The notes below the pieces were generated by a model, which was not told the DNA's origin, ran no database searches, and was given only the letters and a program-made list of their open reading frames with translations. The translations under genes and the position numbers were made by a program. A stretch of DNA of 64,000 nt from Gemmatimonadota bacterium (GTDB taxonomy: Bacteria > Gemmatimonadota > Gemmatimonadetes > Palauibacterales > Palauibacteraceae), in assembly GCA_039588275.1 (NCBI GenBank), contig JBDHAC010000017.1:1-64000 (forward strand), given 5' to 3'. How positions within the stretch are numbered: the first letter of the stretch is position 1; each line of letters begins with the position of its first letter. Below, one piece after another: positions 29,288-40,600 of the stretch.

Positions 29288-30495
29288 CGGTCCGCTCCTA
29301 GCTCGGCGTGATTCTCAATCTGGACGCGAGCGTCGTGGATCAAGGTGGCGTGTCCTTCCACGAGCACGATCTGTCCAGGCTCGAATCGGTCCTGCTCGGT
29401 CTCGGGCTCGACCTCGATGAATCCGCCGCTCTCGATGCCCGTGGTGACGTACTTCCACTTCGCGCTCCCGCGATCGGATCCGGCCTCGTTCGGGTCGAAC
29501 ACGAAGATCACCTCCCGCCTCCGACCCGATCCGCTTCGCTCCACGATCGCGTCCCGCGGCACGAACATGCGGTCGGCCAGGAGTCGGCCCGCGATGCGGA
29601 GCTTGCCGAACATCCCCGGGACCATCCTGGCCTCCGGGTTCGACAAACGCACAGTGACGCGGGCAGAGTTCGATTCCGCGCTCACGAGCGGGTTGATCGT
29701 GACGACCCGCCCCGTGAAGCTCTGATCCGGGATGGCGGGGAAGGTGACCCGCACCTCCCTGCCCTGCTGCACGTATGGGAGCTCGGTCTCGAGCACATCC
29801 GCCTCCACATCGATGCGGGAGAGGTCGATCACCGTCGCGACCGAATCGCCCGTCCGCAGACGGCTCCCCTGCACGATGGCCAGGTTGGCCAGCCGGCCTG
29901 TGAACGGCGCCCGTATCTGCGTCTTCGCGAGCTCGTACTCCGCCTCTTCCAGGTCCGCCTCGGCCGCCGACAACCCGCTTCGGATACGAGCTTGCCGCTC
30001 CCGCCCCTCACGCAATGCGGGGTCCTCGATCTCCTCATCGAACAGCGTCAGGTTCTCGAACTCGGCCTGGGCCCTGTCCACCTCCGCTTGCCGGCGGCGC
30101 ACGGTCAGCTGGTACGGCACGGGATCGATGCGGGCCAGGAGCGCCCCCGCGGCGACCCGTTGGCCCTCGCGCACCGGGACCTCGAGCACCGACCCCTCGA
30201 CTTCGGCGTACAACGGCGCGCTGCGGAGGGCGGCCGCTCGGCCTTCCGCGTCGATCCACACGACGAACGTGTCGCGTCGGATGACCGCGCCCTGAACCGG
30301 AACGGCGATCTCGGACGCGAACGCGGCTTCGGCCGCAGTCGACTGCACGGCCGCCCGCACCGAGTCGGCGGTGGGGTCGGTGCCGGCGGAGGACGAGTCG
30401 TCTTCTTCCCCGGCTCGCAGACGCAACATGATCCCGACGAGAAGGGCCCCGGCGATCACGACGACGACCAGCGTGACCCAGTGGCGGGGTTTCAT
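29284..30495 (-). CDS. RND periplasmic adaptor (membrane fusion protein)
   Basis: VREGQRVAAGALLARID, IRAPFTG, MVPGMF; N-terminal TM. Start moved to MKPRHW. Confidence 0.9.
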   Translation of the reverse strand: MKPRHWVTLVVVVIAGALLVGIMLRLRAGEEDDSSSAGTDPTADSVRAAVQSTAAEAAFASEIAVPVQGAVIRRDTFVVWIDAEGRAAALRSAPLYAEVEGSVLEVPVREGQRVAAGALLARIDPVPYQLTVRRRQAEVDRAQAEFENLTLFDEEIEDPALREGRERQARIRSGLSAAEADLEEAEYELAKTQIRAPFTGRLANLAIVQGSRLRTGDSVATVIDLSRIDVEADVLETELPYVQQGREVRVTFPAIPDQSFTGRVVTINPLVSAESNSARVTVRLSNPEARMVPGMFGKLRIAGRLLADRMFVPRDAIVERSGSGRRREVIFVFDPNEAGSDRGSAKWKYVTTGIESGGFIEVEPETEQDRFEPGQIVLVEGHATLIHDARVQIENHAELGADR

Positions 30496-30782
30496 TCGGT
30501 AGCCTCCGTACGAGAGGGTCCGGGGCCTGACCCGTATCGGCCTCGGTCCCCTGTAGTAACGTGGATTATCAAGCGCCTGGCAACCGGAATCCACGCCGTT
30601 GGACCGCCGGGCACGCCCCGGGGTTGCCAGTCGTGCGCCACTCGGTCCGCTCGCGTCACGGTCACCCCGACCGTGGCGCGGTCGTACCACGCCCCCGACA
30701 CGCTGCGGAGCGGGGTGCTGCGCACCGGCCTCACCATGTAAGATGCTGCGGCCGTGCCGAAACCTTACACGGGAGGAGAATC

Positions 30783-31535
30783 GTGATTCGACGCGACGAC
30801 CGCGAGGGCATCACCGTCCTCAGGCTGGAACACGGTAGGGCCAACGCCCTGGACGTGGAGCTCAGCCGCGCCCTGGGCGCGTCGTTGGCCGGGCTCGAGA
30901 GCGAGGATCGCTGCGGGGCTGCCGTGATCACGGGTAGCGGCAATATCTTCTCGGCCGGCGTCGACCTCTTCCGGCTGCTGGAAGGAGGCGAGCCCTACGT
31001 GGAGGCGTTCCTTCCGGCGTTGATGGGCTTGATCGACCGTCTGCGAACGTTTTCGAAGCCCCTGATCGCGGCCATCAACGGGCACGCGATCGCCGGTGGA
31101 GGGGTGATCGCGTTCGCGTGCGATTACCGGCTCATGGCGGATGGAGAGGGGACGATCGGCGTGCCCGAGCTTCGAGTCGGCGTTCCGTTTCCGAGCGCGG
31201 CCCTGGACATCGTGCGAGACGCCGTGCCGCGCGCGCACCTCCGGGACCTCGTGTTACGCGGGAGTCTCTCGAGCCCTGGGGAAGCGCTGGCGCGCGGGCT
31301 CGTGCACGAGCTCATCGACGGTGGGAAGCTGATCGATCGGGCCGTCGAAGTCGGGCGCGAGATGAGCGGGATCCCGCGCGCGACGTTCGCGCTCACGAAG
31401 CGTCGGCTCACCACGCCGGATGGGGAGACCCAGTCCGAGTATGACAGGAACGTGGAGGTGCTTTGGAGGGACCCGCAGATTCACGCGACCATCCGTGCCT
31501 ACTTGGAGCGCACGATCGGGAAGAGCTCGCTTTAG
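30783..31535 (+). CDS. Enoyl-CoA hydratase/isomerase family protein
   Basis: FSAGVDL, KPLIAAINGHAIAGG, GVPELRVG; GGAGG RBS before GTG 30783. Confidence 0.9.
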   Translation: MIRRDDREGITVLRLEHGRANALDVELSRALGASLAGLESEDRCGAAVITGSGNIFSAGVDLFRLLEGGEPYVEAFLPALMGLIDRLRTFSKPLIAAINGHAIAGGGVIAFACDYRLMADGEGTIGVPELRVGVPFPSAALDIVRDAVPRAHLRDLVLRGSLSSPGEALARGLVHELIDGGKLIDRAVEVGREMSGIPRATFALTKRRLTTPDGETQSEYDRNVEVLWRDPQIHATIRAYLERTIGKSSL

Positions 31536-31570
31536 CGCGGCCGCTCGGTCAGGGTCGGCCGGTGCCGGGA

Positions 31571-33427
31571 CTACCCGCCAGATGGTCGCTCGTAGGCGAT
31601 CTCACCCCCGACGATCGTGAGCAGGACGGCGCCCGACAGAATTTCCTCGTACGACTCCGGTGGCGTCGCGAGAGGATCCACGCTCAGCACGGTGATGTCG
31701 GCCCAGCGTCCCGGAGCCAGCGCACCCGCCCGATCCTCCAAATACGCCGCGTACGCGGCCCCCGTCGTATAGCCGCGCAAGGCCTCCTCCGGCGTCAGGC
31801 GCTGCTCGGGATACCACCCCCCGGACGGTTCGAGGCCGGTATCGCGGCGCGTGACGGCGGCGTGCAGACCATAGAAGATGTCGTGGTCCGACCCGGGCAG
31901 ATCGGAGCTGAATACGAGCGGCACGCCGGTCTGACGAAACGTGCGCCACGCGTACGCTCCCAGGATTCGCTCCGGCCCCAGCCTCTGCTCCGCCCAGGTC
32001 TTGTCCTCCGCCATGTGCGGAGGTTGCATCGAGGCGATCACCCGCAGGTCCGCGAAGCGCGCGAAGTCGTCGGGGTGCACGATCTGCGCGTGCTCGATGC
32101 GCGGACGCAGCGCGTGGAGGCTCGCGGTGTCGGCGAACAGCTCCGCCACGAAGTCGAGCGTCTCGCGGTTTCCCGCATCCCCGATCGCGTGGATGGCGGG
32201 CTGGAACCCGGCTCGGGACAGCTCCGCGATTCGCTCGTGGTCGTAGCCGTATCCGTGCGAGCCCGTCCCGCGCTGCCCGGGAAGGTCGCTGTAGTCGTCC
32301 AGCAGCAGGGCTCCGCGTGATCCCAGCGCGCCGTCGTAGTGCCCCTTTACGGAACGCGTGATCAGACGTTCACCGGGGCCCTCCCCACCCGGTGCATCCG
32401 GCCCTCGCTCATGCCAGGCATCCAGAAGCGCCGAATCGCGGCCGGACAGCATGGCGTACACGCGGATCGGAAGCCTGCCATCGCGCTCGAGCGTCTCGAG
32501 CGCCGACATGAGCGCGCCATCCGCGCCGGCCTCGTGCACCATGACGAAGCCGTCCTCCGCCATCGCACCGAGCCCCGAGAGGACCTGCCCCGCGAGTCGC
32601 TCGGGCGTGGCCTCGGGCAGAGCGGCATCGAACAGCGCCGTGGCCCGGTTGAGGAAGAGGCCGGTGGGCCGCCCATCACGATCGCGGCGAATCTCGCCGC
32701 CCGACGGGGTAGGCGTGGCCGCGTCGATTCCCGCGCGCTCGAGGGCCCGGCGGTTCGCCCATAGCGCGAAGCCGTGCAGACCGCGCAACAGGACCGGGTG
32801 ATTCGGAACCGCGGAGCTGAGCAGATCGTGCGTCGGGTATCGATCCGCCCACGCACCCTCGTCCCAGCCCCACCCGAGGACCCACTCGCCCGGGGGAACC
32901 TGCGCCGTCCGTTCTGCGACGCGACCGATCGCTTCTTCCTCGGCTTCGACGCCGACGAGGTCGACCTGTTCGAGCCGCGCGCCCAGCGAGGCGATGTGCA
33001 CGTGCGCATCCACCAGCCCGGGAAGGACCGTGGCTCCCTCCACATCGATGACCCTCGCCGCGTTCGCGCGGTAGCCCTCGGCCTCCGAGTCCGAGCCGAC
33101 GAACACCAGGATGCCATCCCGTATCGCGACGGCTTCGGCGTCTGGCCGCCAACCAGCGGCCCGGTAAGGGGCGTCGGGCGCCGGAGTCCCGTCCGGCGCG
33201 GGTGCCGGCCACGTGAGGGTGTACACGCGACCGTTGGTGAGGAGCAGATCGACGGGTCGGCCGTCCGCACCGGGGCGGTCCGCACCGGTGCAGGCGGAGA
33301 GCCCGACGCACGACAGCGCGGCGACGAAGAGCGCCGCGCGAGAGGCAGGCCTGGCCACGTGCGCGGGGGAGCTGCGGCGAAGCGTCGGCGACCTGGGCCG
33401 GAGCCTGCCGGTGTGCCCTACGATCAC
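31571..33427 (-). CDS. Amidohydrolase 3 (YtcJ-like), probable lipoprotein
   Basis: PGLVDAHVH, DGALGSRGA, HAIGD, RIEHAQ, FSSD; LSAC lipobox; GTGA overlap with the upstream gene. Confidence 0.88.
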   Translation of the reverse strand: MIVGHTGRLRPRSPTLRRSSPAHVARPASRAALFVAALSCVGLSACTGADRPGADGRPVDLLLTNGRVYTLTWPAPAPDGTPAPDAPYRAAGWRPDAEAVAIRDGILVFVGSDSEAEGYRANAARVIDVEGATVLPGLVDAHVHIASLGARLEQVDLVGVEAEEEAIGRVAERTAQVPPGEWVLGWGWDEGAWADRYPTHDLLSSAVPNHPVLLRGLHGFALWANRRALERAGIDAATPTPSGGEIRRDRDGRPTGLFLNRATALFDAALPEATPERLAGQVLSGLGAMAEDGFVMVHEAGADGALMSALETLERDGRLPIRVYAMLSGRDSALLDAWHERGPDAPGGEGPGERLITRSVKGHYDGALGSRGALLLDDYSDLPGQRGTGSHGYGYDHERIAELSRAGFQPAIHAIGDAGNRETLDFVAELFADTASLHALRPRIEHAQIVHPDDFARFADLRVIASMQPPHMAEDKTWAEQRLGPERILGAYAWRTFRQTGVPLVFSSDLPGSDHDIFYGLHAAVTRRDTGLEPSGGWYPEQRLTPEEALRGYTTGAAYAAYLEDRAGALAPGRWADITVLSVDPLATPPESYEEILSGAVLLTIVGGEIAYERPSGG

Positions 33428-34548
33428 ACCCAACCGCGTGCGCGAAAGCCGCGCAGGGTCTCGGCGAAGCGCTCCATCTCCTCGGGCAAGCCGAACGAGA
33501 GGCGATTGTACTCGAGCATGGGCGGGAACGGCCGCCCTACACGGATCCCTTGCTCTGCCATCCGCCCGATGTAGGTCCTCAACTCACCCTGGATCCGGTG
33601 CATGAGGAAGTTCGTGTGCGTCGGCAGGTACTCGAGCCCCAGGTCGTCCAGACATTCATGCGCGATCGTTTTCGCACGGGTGTTGACGTCCACGCTCCGG
33701 CCCACAAGCTCGGAGTCCGTCAGCGAGGCGGCCGCGGCCACGGCGGCCATGTGGTTCGGGTTGTTCCTCGTCAGGAACGGCCGCATCCGCTGGACCGTCT
33801 TGGGGTGTGCGATCCCGTACCCGACTCGCATCCCCGCCATCGCGTAGATCTTCGAGAACGTCCGCACGACGAGCACGTTCGTCCGCTCCGCGGTCCAGCG
33901 TTGGGCGGACCAATACCCCGGATCGTTCGCGTACTCGAGATAGGCCTCATCGACGAGGAACAGCGTCTGATCCGAAGCTTCGCCGATCCACGCATCCACT
34001 TCCGCGGACGACGTGAGCGTCCCCGTGGGGTTGTTCGGGTTGCAGATGTAGACGATCGCCGGGTTCGAGGACCCATCGACGATCTCGCGCATCCGCCCGA
34101 TGTCGTGCGCGTGGTCCGCCGTCAGCGGGACGGACTCGACCTGGAACGGGAACGGCCGCGCGTAGCCGGGAACGTCCTCGAACGTGGGGCTTGCGAGGAC
34201 CAGCTTCGCGTTCGGCGTGCTCCACGCCTGTACGGCCACGCGGAGAATCTCGGTGGAGCCCGCCCCGAAGAAGAGCCGCTCCGGCGGCACGTCCACGTAC
34301 GGAGCCAGTACCTCGATGAGCGCCCGGCGCGACGCGCCCGGATACCGGTTCGCCTCCTCGCGGCCTTCGAGTACCGCCTCGCGGGCGACGGGGGCGAGGC
34401 CCAGGGGGTTCTCGTTCGAGCTCAGCCGTATGACTCCATCCTGTGCGTGCCGAGGATCGAACAACCACGACATGCCGTGCAGCGAAACGGGGGTGGCGCT
34501 CGCGACGCCGGCGGCCAGGCCGGTCCTGAGGAAAGCTCTTCGTTCCAT
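33424..34548 (-). CDS. HisC-like PLP aminotransferase with Tat signal peptide
   Basis: ERRAFL Tat motif; LSSNENP, CNPNNPTG, DEAY, RTFSKIYAMAGMRVGY. Confidence 0.88.
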   Translation of the reverse strand: MERRAFLRTGLAAGVASATPVSLHGMSWLFDPRHAQDGVIRLSSNENPLGLAPVAREAVLEGREEANRYPGASRRALIEVLAPYVDVPPERLFFGAGSTEILRVAVQAWSTPNAKLVLASPTFEDVPGYARPFPFQVESVPLTADHAHDIGRMREIVDGSSNPAIVYICNPNNPTGTLTSSAEVDAWIGEASDQTLFLVDEAYLEYANDPGYWSAQRWTAERTNVLVVRTFSKIYAMAGMRVGYGIAHPKTVQRMRPFLTRNNPNHMAAVAAAASLTDSELVGRSVDVNTRAKTIAHECLDDLGLEYLPTHTNFLMHRIQGELRTYIGRMAEQGIRVGRPFPPMLEYNRLSFGLPEEMERFAETLRGFRARGWV

Positions 34549-34667
34549 CACCGTCTCCTTGTGGCGGCGCGGGTTTCGACGGGGTGATGGGCCAACATGG
34601 ATCGCGGCGCCGGCCCGAGACAAGGGCGCGCGCGGCGTGAAGCGGCTGTCTGGCCGCAGGCCTCCAG

Positions 34668-36053
34668 TTAGCTCGGTGGGTCGCGTCGCTCGCGATCGGA
34701 GGGGGGCGGATCGCGCCGACCGTCCGGAGGTATCGGTGGCGGCCGGCCGAATCGGGGCACGACGACTCGCAGCGAGGAGAAGAGGTTCTCGAAGATAGAG
34801 TCCAGATTCACCTCGGGAATCTCACCGGCCCGCTCCACCTGAATCTGAGCGTTCGCCAGCAACGCTTCGAGCTTCTCCAACTGCTCCTCATCCATGTCCC
34901 GCTGTTGGAACGCCGTTCGGAGTTTTGGCAGCTGGCGTTGGACCTCACGCACGGCCATCGCGCGATAGCGGGTCTGGTCGTCGGCCGACGCGTGATCCTC
35001 ATCGGTGCTCAGGGCCATGAGGGCCAGCATGTTGGTCGAGTCCAGTCGGATCGAGTGCTCGAGCTTCACGCGCGCTTCCTCGTGCTGCCCTTCGCGCTGG
35101 AGTCGCAGCCCCTCGTAGAAGGCCCGTGCAGCTTGGGGATCTCGCGTCGCGACACGCGTCAACGGCGAAGGTCTCCTCTGGGAGGGCGGGTCGCCCGCTA
35201 GACGCCGCGCCAGCCGGGTCGAGAGGGTGTCTACGAGCTCGAACACGTCCCCGCCTCGCACCCGCTCCGCAGCCACGACCGTACCGGTCTCCAGGTCGAT
35301 GAGCTGTGCGTCGATCGCCAGCTCATCCGGCGAGCCGACCACGCTACCGCGCACCATGGAATGCGCGCCGGACTGCTCCGCGATGCTGGATGCCAGCCCC
35401 TCGGGGATCTGATCGGTCTCGTCGCGACCCGCCTCGCGCAGCAGGTCGAACAGACGCTGGCGCCCCACAACGCGTAGCTCTGGGATCTGTGCGAGGTTGG
35501 TGGTCAGCATGTCCGCGAGCCCGGAACCGAGCCAACCGAACTCGGGATCCGACACGTTGTTGTCGAACGGGAACACGGCCACTGACGAAGCCCCGAGGTC
35601 GAGCGTTTCCGAGGAGGCCGCGTCGATCAGAGCGGGCGCCGCGATCTGTCCACCCGGAGCGGCCGTGGACTCGGTTCCCACGGCGGCCGGCGGTTCCTCG
35701 GCCGTCGTGATCCGATACGTGCCGATCGCCGCCATCACACCCAGGGTGAGTAGCAACCACACCTCGGCCCGTGCGACCCGTTGGCGGCCCTTGGCGCCGT
35801 GGTTCCAGCCGATGACCAGCACGGCAGGGAACCCCAGCACGGCCAGCAGCACGGCGGTGTCGAGGACTTTGCGTGACAGCTCGTAATTGTCGACCAGGAA
35901 GCCGACGATCTCCACAAAGAACCAGGCCACACCCAGATACACGACGATGATCTGGAACAGGTGTCGCTTTCGCAGCTCGCTGAAGCCGCCGAGGAGTTTG
36001 TTCAATCTGGTCTCTGATATCGGATCGAAGGTTCCGTTCCCGTCGGCCGGCAT
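34668..36053 (-). CDS. Membrane protein with TolB-like/FlgO domain and TPR
   Basis: ELRKRHLFQ...Y 3-TM N-terminus, SVAVFPFDN, GLADMLTTNL, TPR-like helix, Pro-rich tail. Confidence 0.7.
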   Translation of the reverse strand: MPADGNGTFDPISETRLNKLLGGFSELRKRHLFQIIVVYLGVAWFFVEIVGFLVDNYELSRKVLDTAVLLAVLGFPAVLVIGWNHGAKGRQRVARAEVWLLLTLGVMAAIGTYRITTAEEPPAAVGTESTAAPGGQIAAPALIDAASSETLDLGASSVAVFPFDNNVSDPEFGWLGSGLADMLTTNLAQIPELRVVGRQRLFDLLREAGRDETDQIPEGLASSIAEQSGAHSMVRGSVVGSPDELAIDAQLIDLETGTVVAAERVRGGDVFELVDTLSTRLARRLAGDPPSQRRPSPLTRVATRDPQAARAFYEGLRLQREGQHEEARVKLEHSIRLDSTNMLALMALSTDEDHASADDQTRYRAMAVREVQRQLPKLRTAFQQRDMDEEQLEKLEALLANAQIQVERAGEIPEVNLDSIFENLFSSLRVVVPRFGRPPPIPPDGRRDPPPSDRERRDPPS

Positions 36054-36359
36054 CGTGCCCCGGCCACCCATCCCTCACCCTGAAAGACACTTCTCCCGGC
36101 CCACGAGTTGGCCGCGTTCACGTACCGGGCGCGTCACGCGCAACCTTACATCGGTCAACCTGGGACGCAGGCGGTCTGAACCGGCGCACCTCGTACCAGC
36201 GAACGAGTCAACGATACTGAACGTCGCCCACTCCGCGGAAGGCTAGCTTGCGAACCGGGCGGAGGATAGGGCCGACGGACCCTGCGGAGAGCGGGGCCCG
36301 CCGACTTGCGGAGCGTGCTTACTCGCCGGGCCGAAGGGGTTGCTCCAGCGGTCTCCGGC

Positions 36360-36926
36360 TCAATTGGGCCGCCTGAGGCGACGGGCGCCGCCGGGCATAC
36401 GTCGACCCGTGCCGCGTCTGACACCCACCCGTCCCGACCGGCCGAACCGCCCTTCGACCCAGCCCTCCATGCGCCCTCGCTGCTCGGCCGACAGCAGCTC
36501 CCTCGCGCGTGCCGTCGCCGTCACTGCGGCCATGGCAGCCTGTTGCTGCGCGTCGAGGATCGCGCGGGTGTGACGCTCTATGGCTCCCACATCCGTCGTC
36601 TCGGCCCGCCACGCCTCGCGCAACGCGTCCGCATGCTCTCGGATGGTCGCCGGGAGCGCCTCGCGGGTGCTTCGGGTCTCCGCCGCCAGCGCTTCGAGCT
36701 GCGTCACCTGCTCGTCCGAAAGATCCAGTGCTTCCCGACGTTGGATGAGTAGCTGCGGGTTGAACGCCATTCCCTGCCGGCCGATCTGAGCGGGGCCGGC
36801 CCGATTACCGATCGCCATACGCGGTCCGAACGCCTGCCCGCGCGGGCCCAGCGGCCTGCGCTGCGCGTCCAACACCGCCGGGACGACGATCGTCAGTCCC
36901 AGTGCTATGAGAATCCCCCTTCGCAT
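36360..36926 (-). CDS. Spy/CpxP-like periplasmic helical protein
   Basis: Signal peptide; LDLSDEQ and LLSAEQR (LTxxQ-type) motifs. Confidence 0.75.
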   Translation of the reverse strand: MRRGILIALGLTIVVPAVLDAQRRPLGPRGQAFGPRMAIGNRAGPAQIGRQGMAFNPQLLIQRREALDLSDEQVTQLEALAAETRSTREALPATIREHADALREAWRAETTDVGAIERHTRAILDAQQQAAMAAVTATARARELLSAEQRGRMEGWVEGRFGRSGRVGVRRGTGRRMPGGARRLRRPN

Positions 36927-37042
36927 CGCCGTCGCTCCTGCTAGGTGGTGTTCGCCTCCTCCGATCACCCTAGAGGACAGGTCACGACGCGAACGTGTTA
37001 AAAGGAGCGGCGCCACCCGCCCACGGACGGCCGGCGGGCGAC

Positions 37043-37561
37043 CTAGCGGATCAGCGCGTCGGCGCGGGATGGGTCTAGGTCCACGCTACGGTAGTGCTCC
37101 CGGGTCAATTCCAGGATTGAAAACCCGTCCTCGTACATGAGGAATGCGCCGTCCTCGTCCACGAACACGAGCGCTCCGGCGACGACGAACAGGATGATGG
37201 CCGGCTCGGTGGCATCCTCGGGCACCACGAGCGTATGCGCCTCGCCTGCAGGCTCGTAGATGAAGGACCCGGTGGTGGCGATCCAATCGTGCTCTAGGTA
37301 ACGCCAAGTTCCCTGCAGCGTGTACCCCTGCACCGTGCTGACGTGGTAGTGCTTCGGAACGACGGTTCCCGGGAGTGCTTTGAGGACGGCGGTGAAGCCG
37401 CCGGTCGTGACGTTGAACTGGCACGGCTGAAACCAGGCCGTCTCGCCGTACGGCACCCACAGACGCTCGTCCTCGAAGTCGAGCGTGGTGAGGAAGTGAT
37501 CCCTGCTGCGGCTCTCGGCCGCGAGGCCGTCGTCGAATCCGGGGAAGGATGTGATGGGCAT
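37043..37561 (-). CDS. Cupin, 2,4'-dihydroxyacetophenone dioxygenase / ChrR-like family
   Basis: HYH...G.W.YLEHDW...YEPAGEAHTL cupin motifs. Confidence 0.8.
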   Translation of the reverse strand: MPITSFPGFDDGLAAESRSRDHFLTTLDFEDERLWVPYGETAWFQPCQFNVTTGGFTAVLKALPGTVVPKHYHVSTVQGYTLQGTWRYLEHDWIATTGSFIYEPAGEAHTLVVPEDATEPAIILFVVAGALVFVDEDGAFLMYEDGFSILELTREHYRSVDLDPSRADALIR

Positions 37562-37644
37562 GGGGGTCTCCGATTCGTGGAGGAAATGGAAGGCCGCCCT
37601 GAGCGGCAATCGCCCCAGGCGGCCGTTCGCATCGGGATCAGGCG

Positions 37645-40600
37645 TCAGTCCGAGTCGCGTCCGTCCCAGAAGCCGAAGCCGTCTTTTCGGGTGACCTCGA
37701 CCTGGGTCGTGTACGTCTCGTCTCCGATCGTGACCGCTACGGTGTAGGTGCCTGGAGCGGCCAGCGACCCACCTCCGCCGCCGAAACCGCGGAATCCACC
37801 GACGTTCGCGCCCCGGGCCCGCATCCCGGATCGAATCTCCAGAAACGTGTCGCGCATCTCGCCCGGGTCGAAGCCACCGGGACCGCCAGGCCCACCCGCA
37901 CCACCGGGGCGGGCCGCACGACCGCTACCCGTACCGGCCTCCGGATAGCTTTCGCCTGGCCGCTCGCGCCACCCGGTAGCCTCACCGGCCCCTCCCCCGC
38001 GCCCACCCCCACCACCGAACATGCGGCGAAGCGCCTGGGGATCGCCGCCCGTCGCCAGCTGGATCACACGGTCGACGAGCTGACGGTTCGCGCCCTCGTG
38101 CGTCACGAGCGAGTCACCGACCTCCTTGTAGAGCCGGATGTTGCGTAGGCTGTCGGCCCGCTCCGAGGGGGACTGCTCCTCCCGCTCCGCTCGCTTTTGC
38201 AGGTTCCAGTGCGTCCGGTTCAGGCCGGCGTGGGCCGGGCCCGTGAGCGTCTGAACCGTATCACCGGCCGCGTCCAGGATCGCGATCTGCACCTGGGGCC
38301 CCTGCTGCCGGCTTCCCCTCGCGCCTGCCATGCGCGCCCGCATGGCCTCGCGACGGACCTCGGCTTCACCTTCGGCAGCTTCGGCCTCGGGAGCTTGTGC
38401 CTCGCCCTCGGCGCCTTCCTCACCCCCCGCTGCCGCCATGCGCTCGCGTGCCTCCTCGCGCGCCTTCTCCGCCAGCTCTTCGGCGGTGCTCTCCGGCACC
38501 CAGTAGGTGATCTCGGCACCATAGTCGGCGCTCTCGCCCTGGAAGACCCGTTGCGCGATGAACTCGCCACCGACCGGCACATCGCCGAATTGGATCGCCG
38601 TCTTCATCGCGAACACCGTGGGCGAGGACGGGAGCGCACCGTTCGCAAGCTGCTGGAGCGGTGCGATGTCCGCGATCCAGATCGAGCGACCGTGCGTGCC
38701 CGCGATCAGCTCGTGCTCGCGCGGGTGGATCTTGAGGTCGTGTACCGGGACCGTGGGAAGCCCGTTCATGAACTTCGTCCACGATCCACCGCGATCCGTC
38801 GAGACGTACACGCCCACATCCGTCCCGACGAACAGGAGGTTGGGATTGTCGGGATCTTCGCGGACCACGTGTACGAAGTCGGGGCCGCCCCTGGGGAGGT
38901 TGGACGTGATCGAGCGGAAGCTCTCGCCACCGTCGTCCGTGGCGTACACGTACGGCGTGTAGTCGTCCTGCCGGTGACCGTCGAAGCTCACGTAGAAGCG
39001 GCGGGCGTTGTGGCTCGAGGGCTCGATGCGGCTCACGTAGGTGTTGGGCGGGACGCCCTCGAAGCGGTCCGTGAGCTCGATCCATTCGCCGCTGCCGGGG
39101 CCACGCCACACGCGCCCGTCGTCCGTCCCGGCGTACAGCTCGCCCTCGGTGAGGGGCGACTCGGCCAGCGCGACGATCGTCGCGTAGTTCTCGGCGCCGG
39201 TTACATCGCGCGTGATGCCCCCGGTGGTGTTGTAGGCGACTTCGATCTTCTCCGGGTCTGCGTACGTGAGATCTCCGGACAGCGGCTCCATCTCATCGGT
39301 GTCGTAGGTCCATTTGAGGACCTTGTTCGATCCGATGTACAGAGTCTGAGGATCGTGCGGGGAGAGCTGAAGCGGAGTGTTCCAGTTGAAGCGAAGGCCA
39401 TACTGGGCGGAATCGGCCGCCACTCGCAGCTGGAGCGCGTCGATCCGTGCCTGGGCGTCGGCCGACACGTCTTCGGGATCGTCTCCCTGGAGGATGGCGA
39501 TCGAGTCGCGCAGCGCCTTCGTCTCCTCACGCCAGTCGGGCGCCTGGAGCGAATGACGCTCCCCCGTCGCGGTGTTTCTCCAGTAGATCCTACCCTGCTG
39601 GGACTCTCCGAACACGATGTCGGGGTCCGTCGGGTCTTGCGGGGCGTAGAAGCCGTCACCGCCCCCGATCGAGTACCACATGTGGTTGTCGATCTCCCCG
39701 TCGGCTCTCCGGCTCGGGCCGCACCAGGTGTAGTTGTCCTGGAGACCGCCACACACCCGGTACGGAACGTCCATGTTGTAGCTGACGGCGTAGAACTGCC
39801 CCATCGCCATCGTGTTCACGAAGTCGTAGTTCCCGCCCTTGTCCCACGAGACGGCGATCCCACCGTCGTTCCCGACGACTATGTGGTCGGGATCGGCCGT
39901 GTCCCACCACATGGCGTGGTGGTCGACGTGGACGCCGACCGCGGCGTTCCCCACCGTTTTCCCGCCATCCTTCGAGAAGTAGAAGGACGACCAGAACACG
40001 CGGTCCGGATCAGACGGGTCGACGCGTACCTGCGAGTAGTAGAACGGGCGCGTGTTGCTCGAGTTCATGAACGTCCACGTATCGCCCCCGTCCCCGGATC
40101 GATACAGACCCGAGCCGTGCAGATCGGCGCACTCGTCTGCACCGGACTCCTCGGCCTCGGCTTTCTCGGCCCCGGTCTCTTCTGCCTGCCCTTCCTCAGC
40201 TTCCGCCTCGGCCTCACCCATCTCCGAAGCCTCGGCCGTCGGGCACTCCGGGTCTTCGGCCTCGACGATAGCGTACATGATGTCGGGATCGCTCTGGGCG
40301 ATCGCGATCCCGATGCGACCTTTTTCGGTCTCGGGGAAGCCGCCGCCCGTGACCTCGGTCCAGGTGTCGCCCCCGTCGGTCGACTTCCACAGCGCGCTCC
40401 CGGGCCCTCCGCTCTCGAGGTACCAGGGACCTCGAACGCGCTCCCAGCTCGTCGCAAACAGCATGTCCGGGTCGTCCGGGTGCATCGCGAGGTCGACGAA
40501 TCCGGCCTTCTCGCTTACGTAATGGACGCGCTCCCAGGTCTCTCCGCCGTCCTTGGTCCGGTACAGACCGCGCTCCTCGTTATGCCCCCATGGGTGCCCG

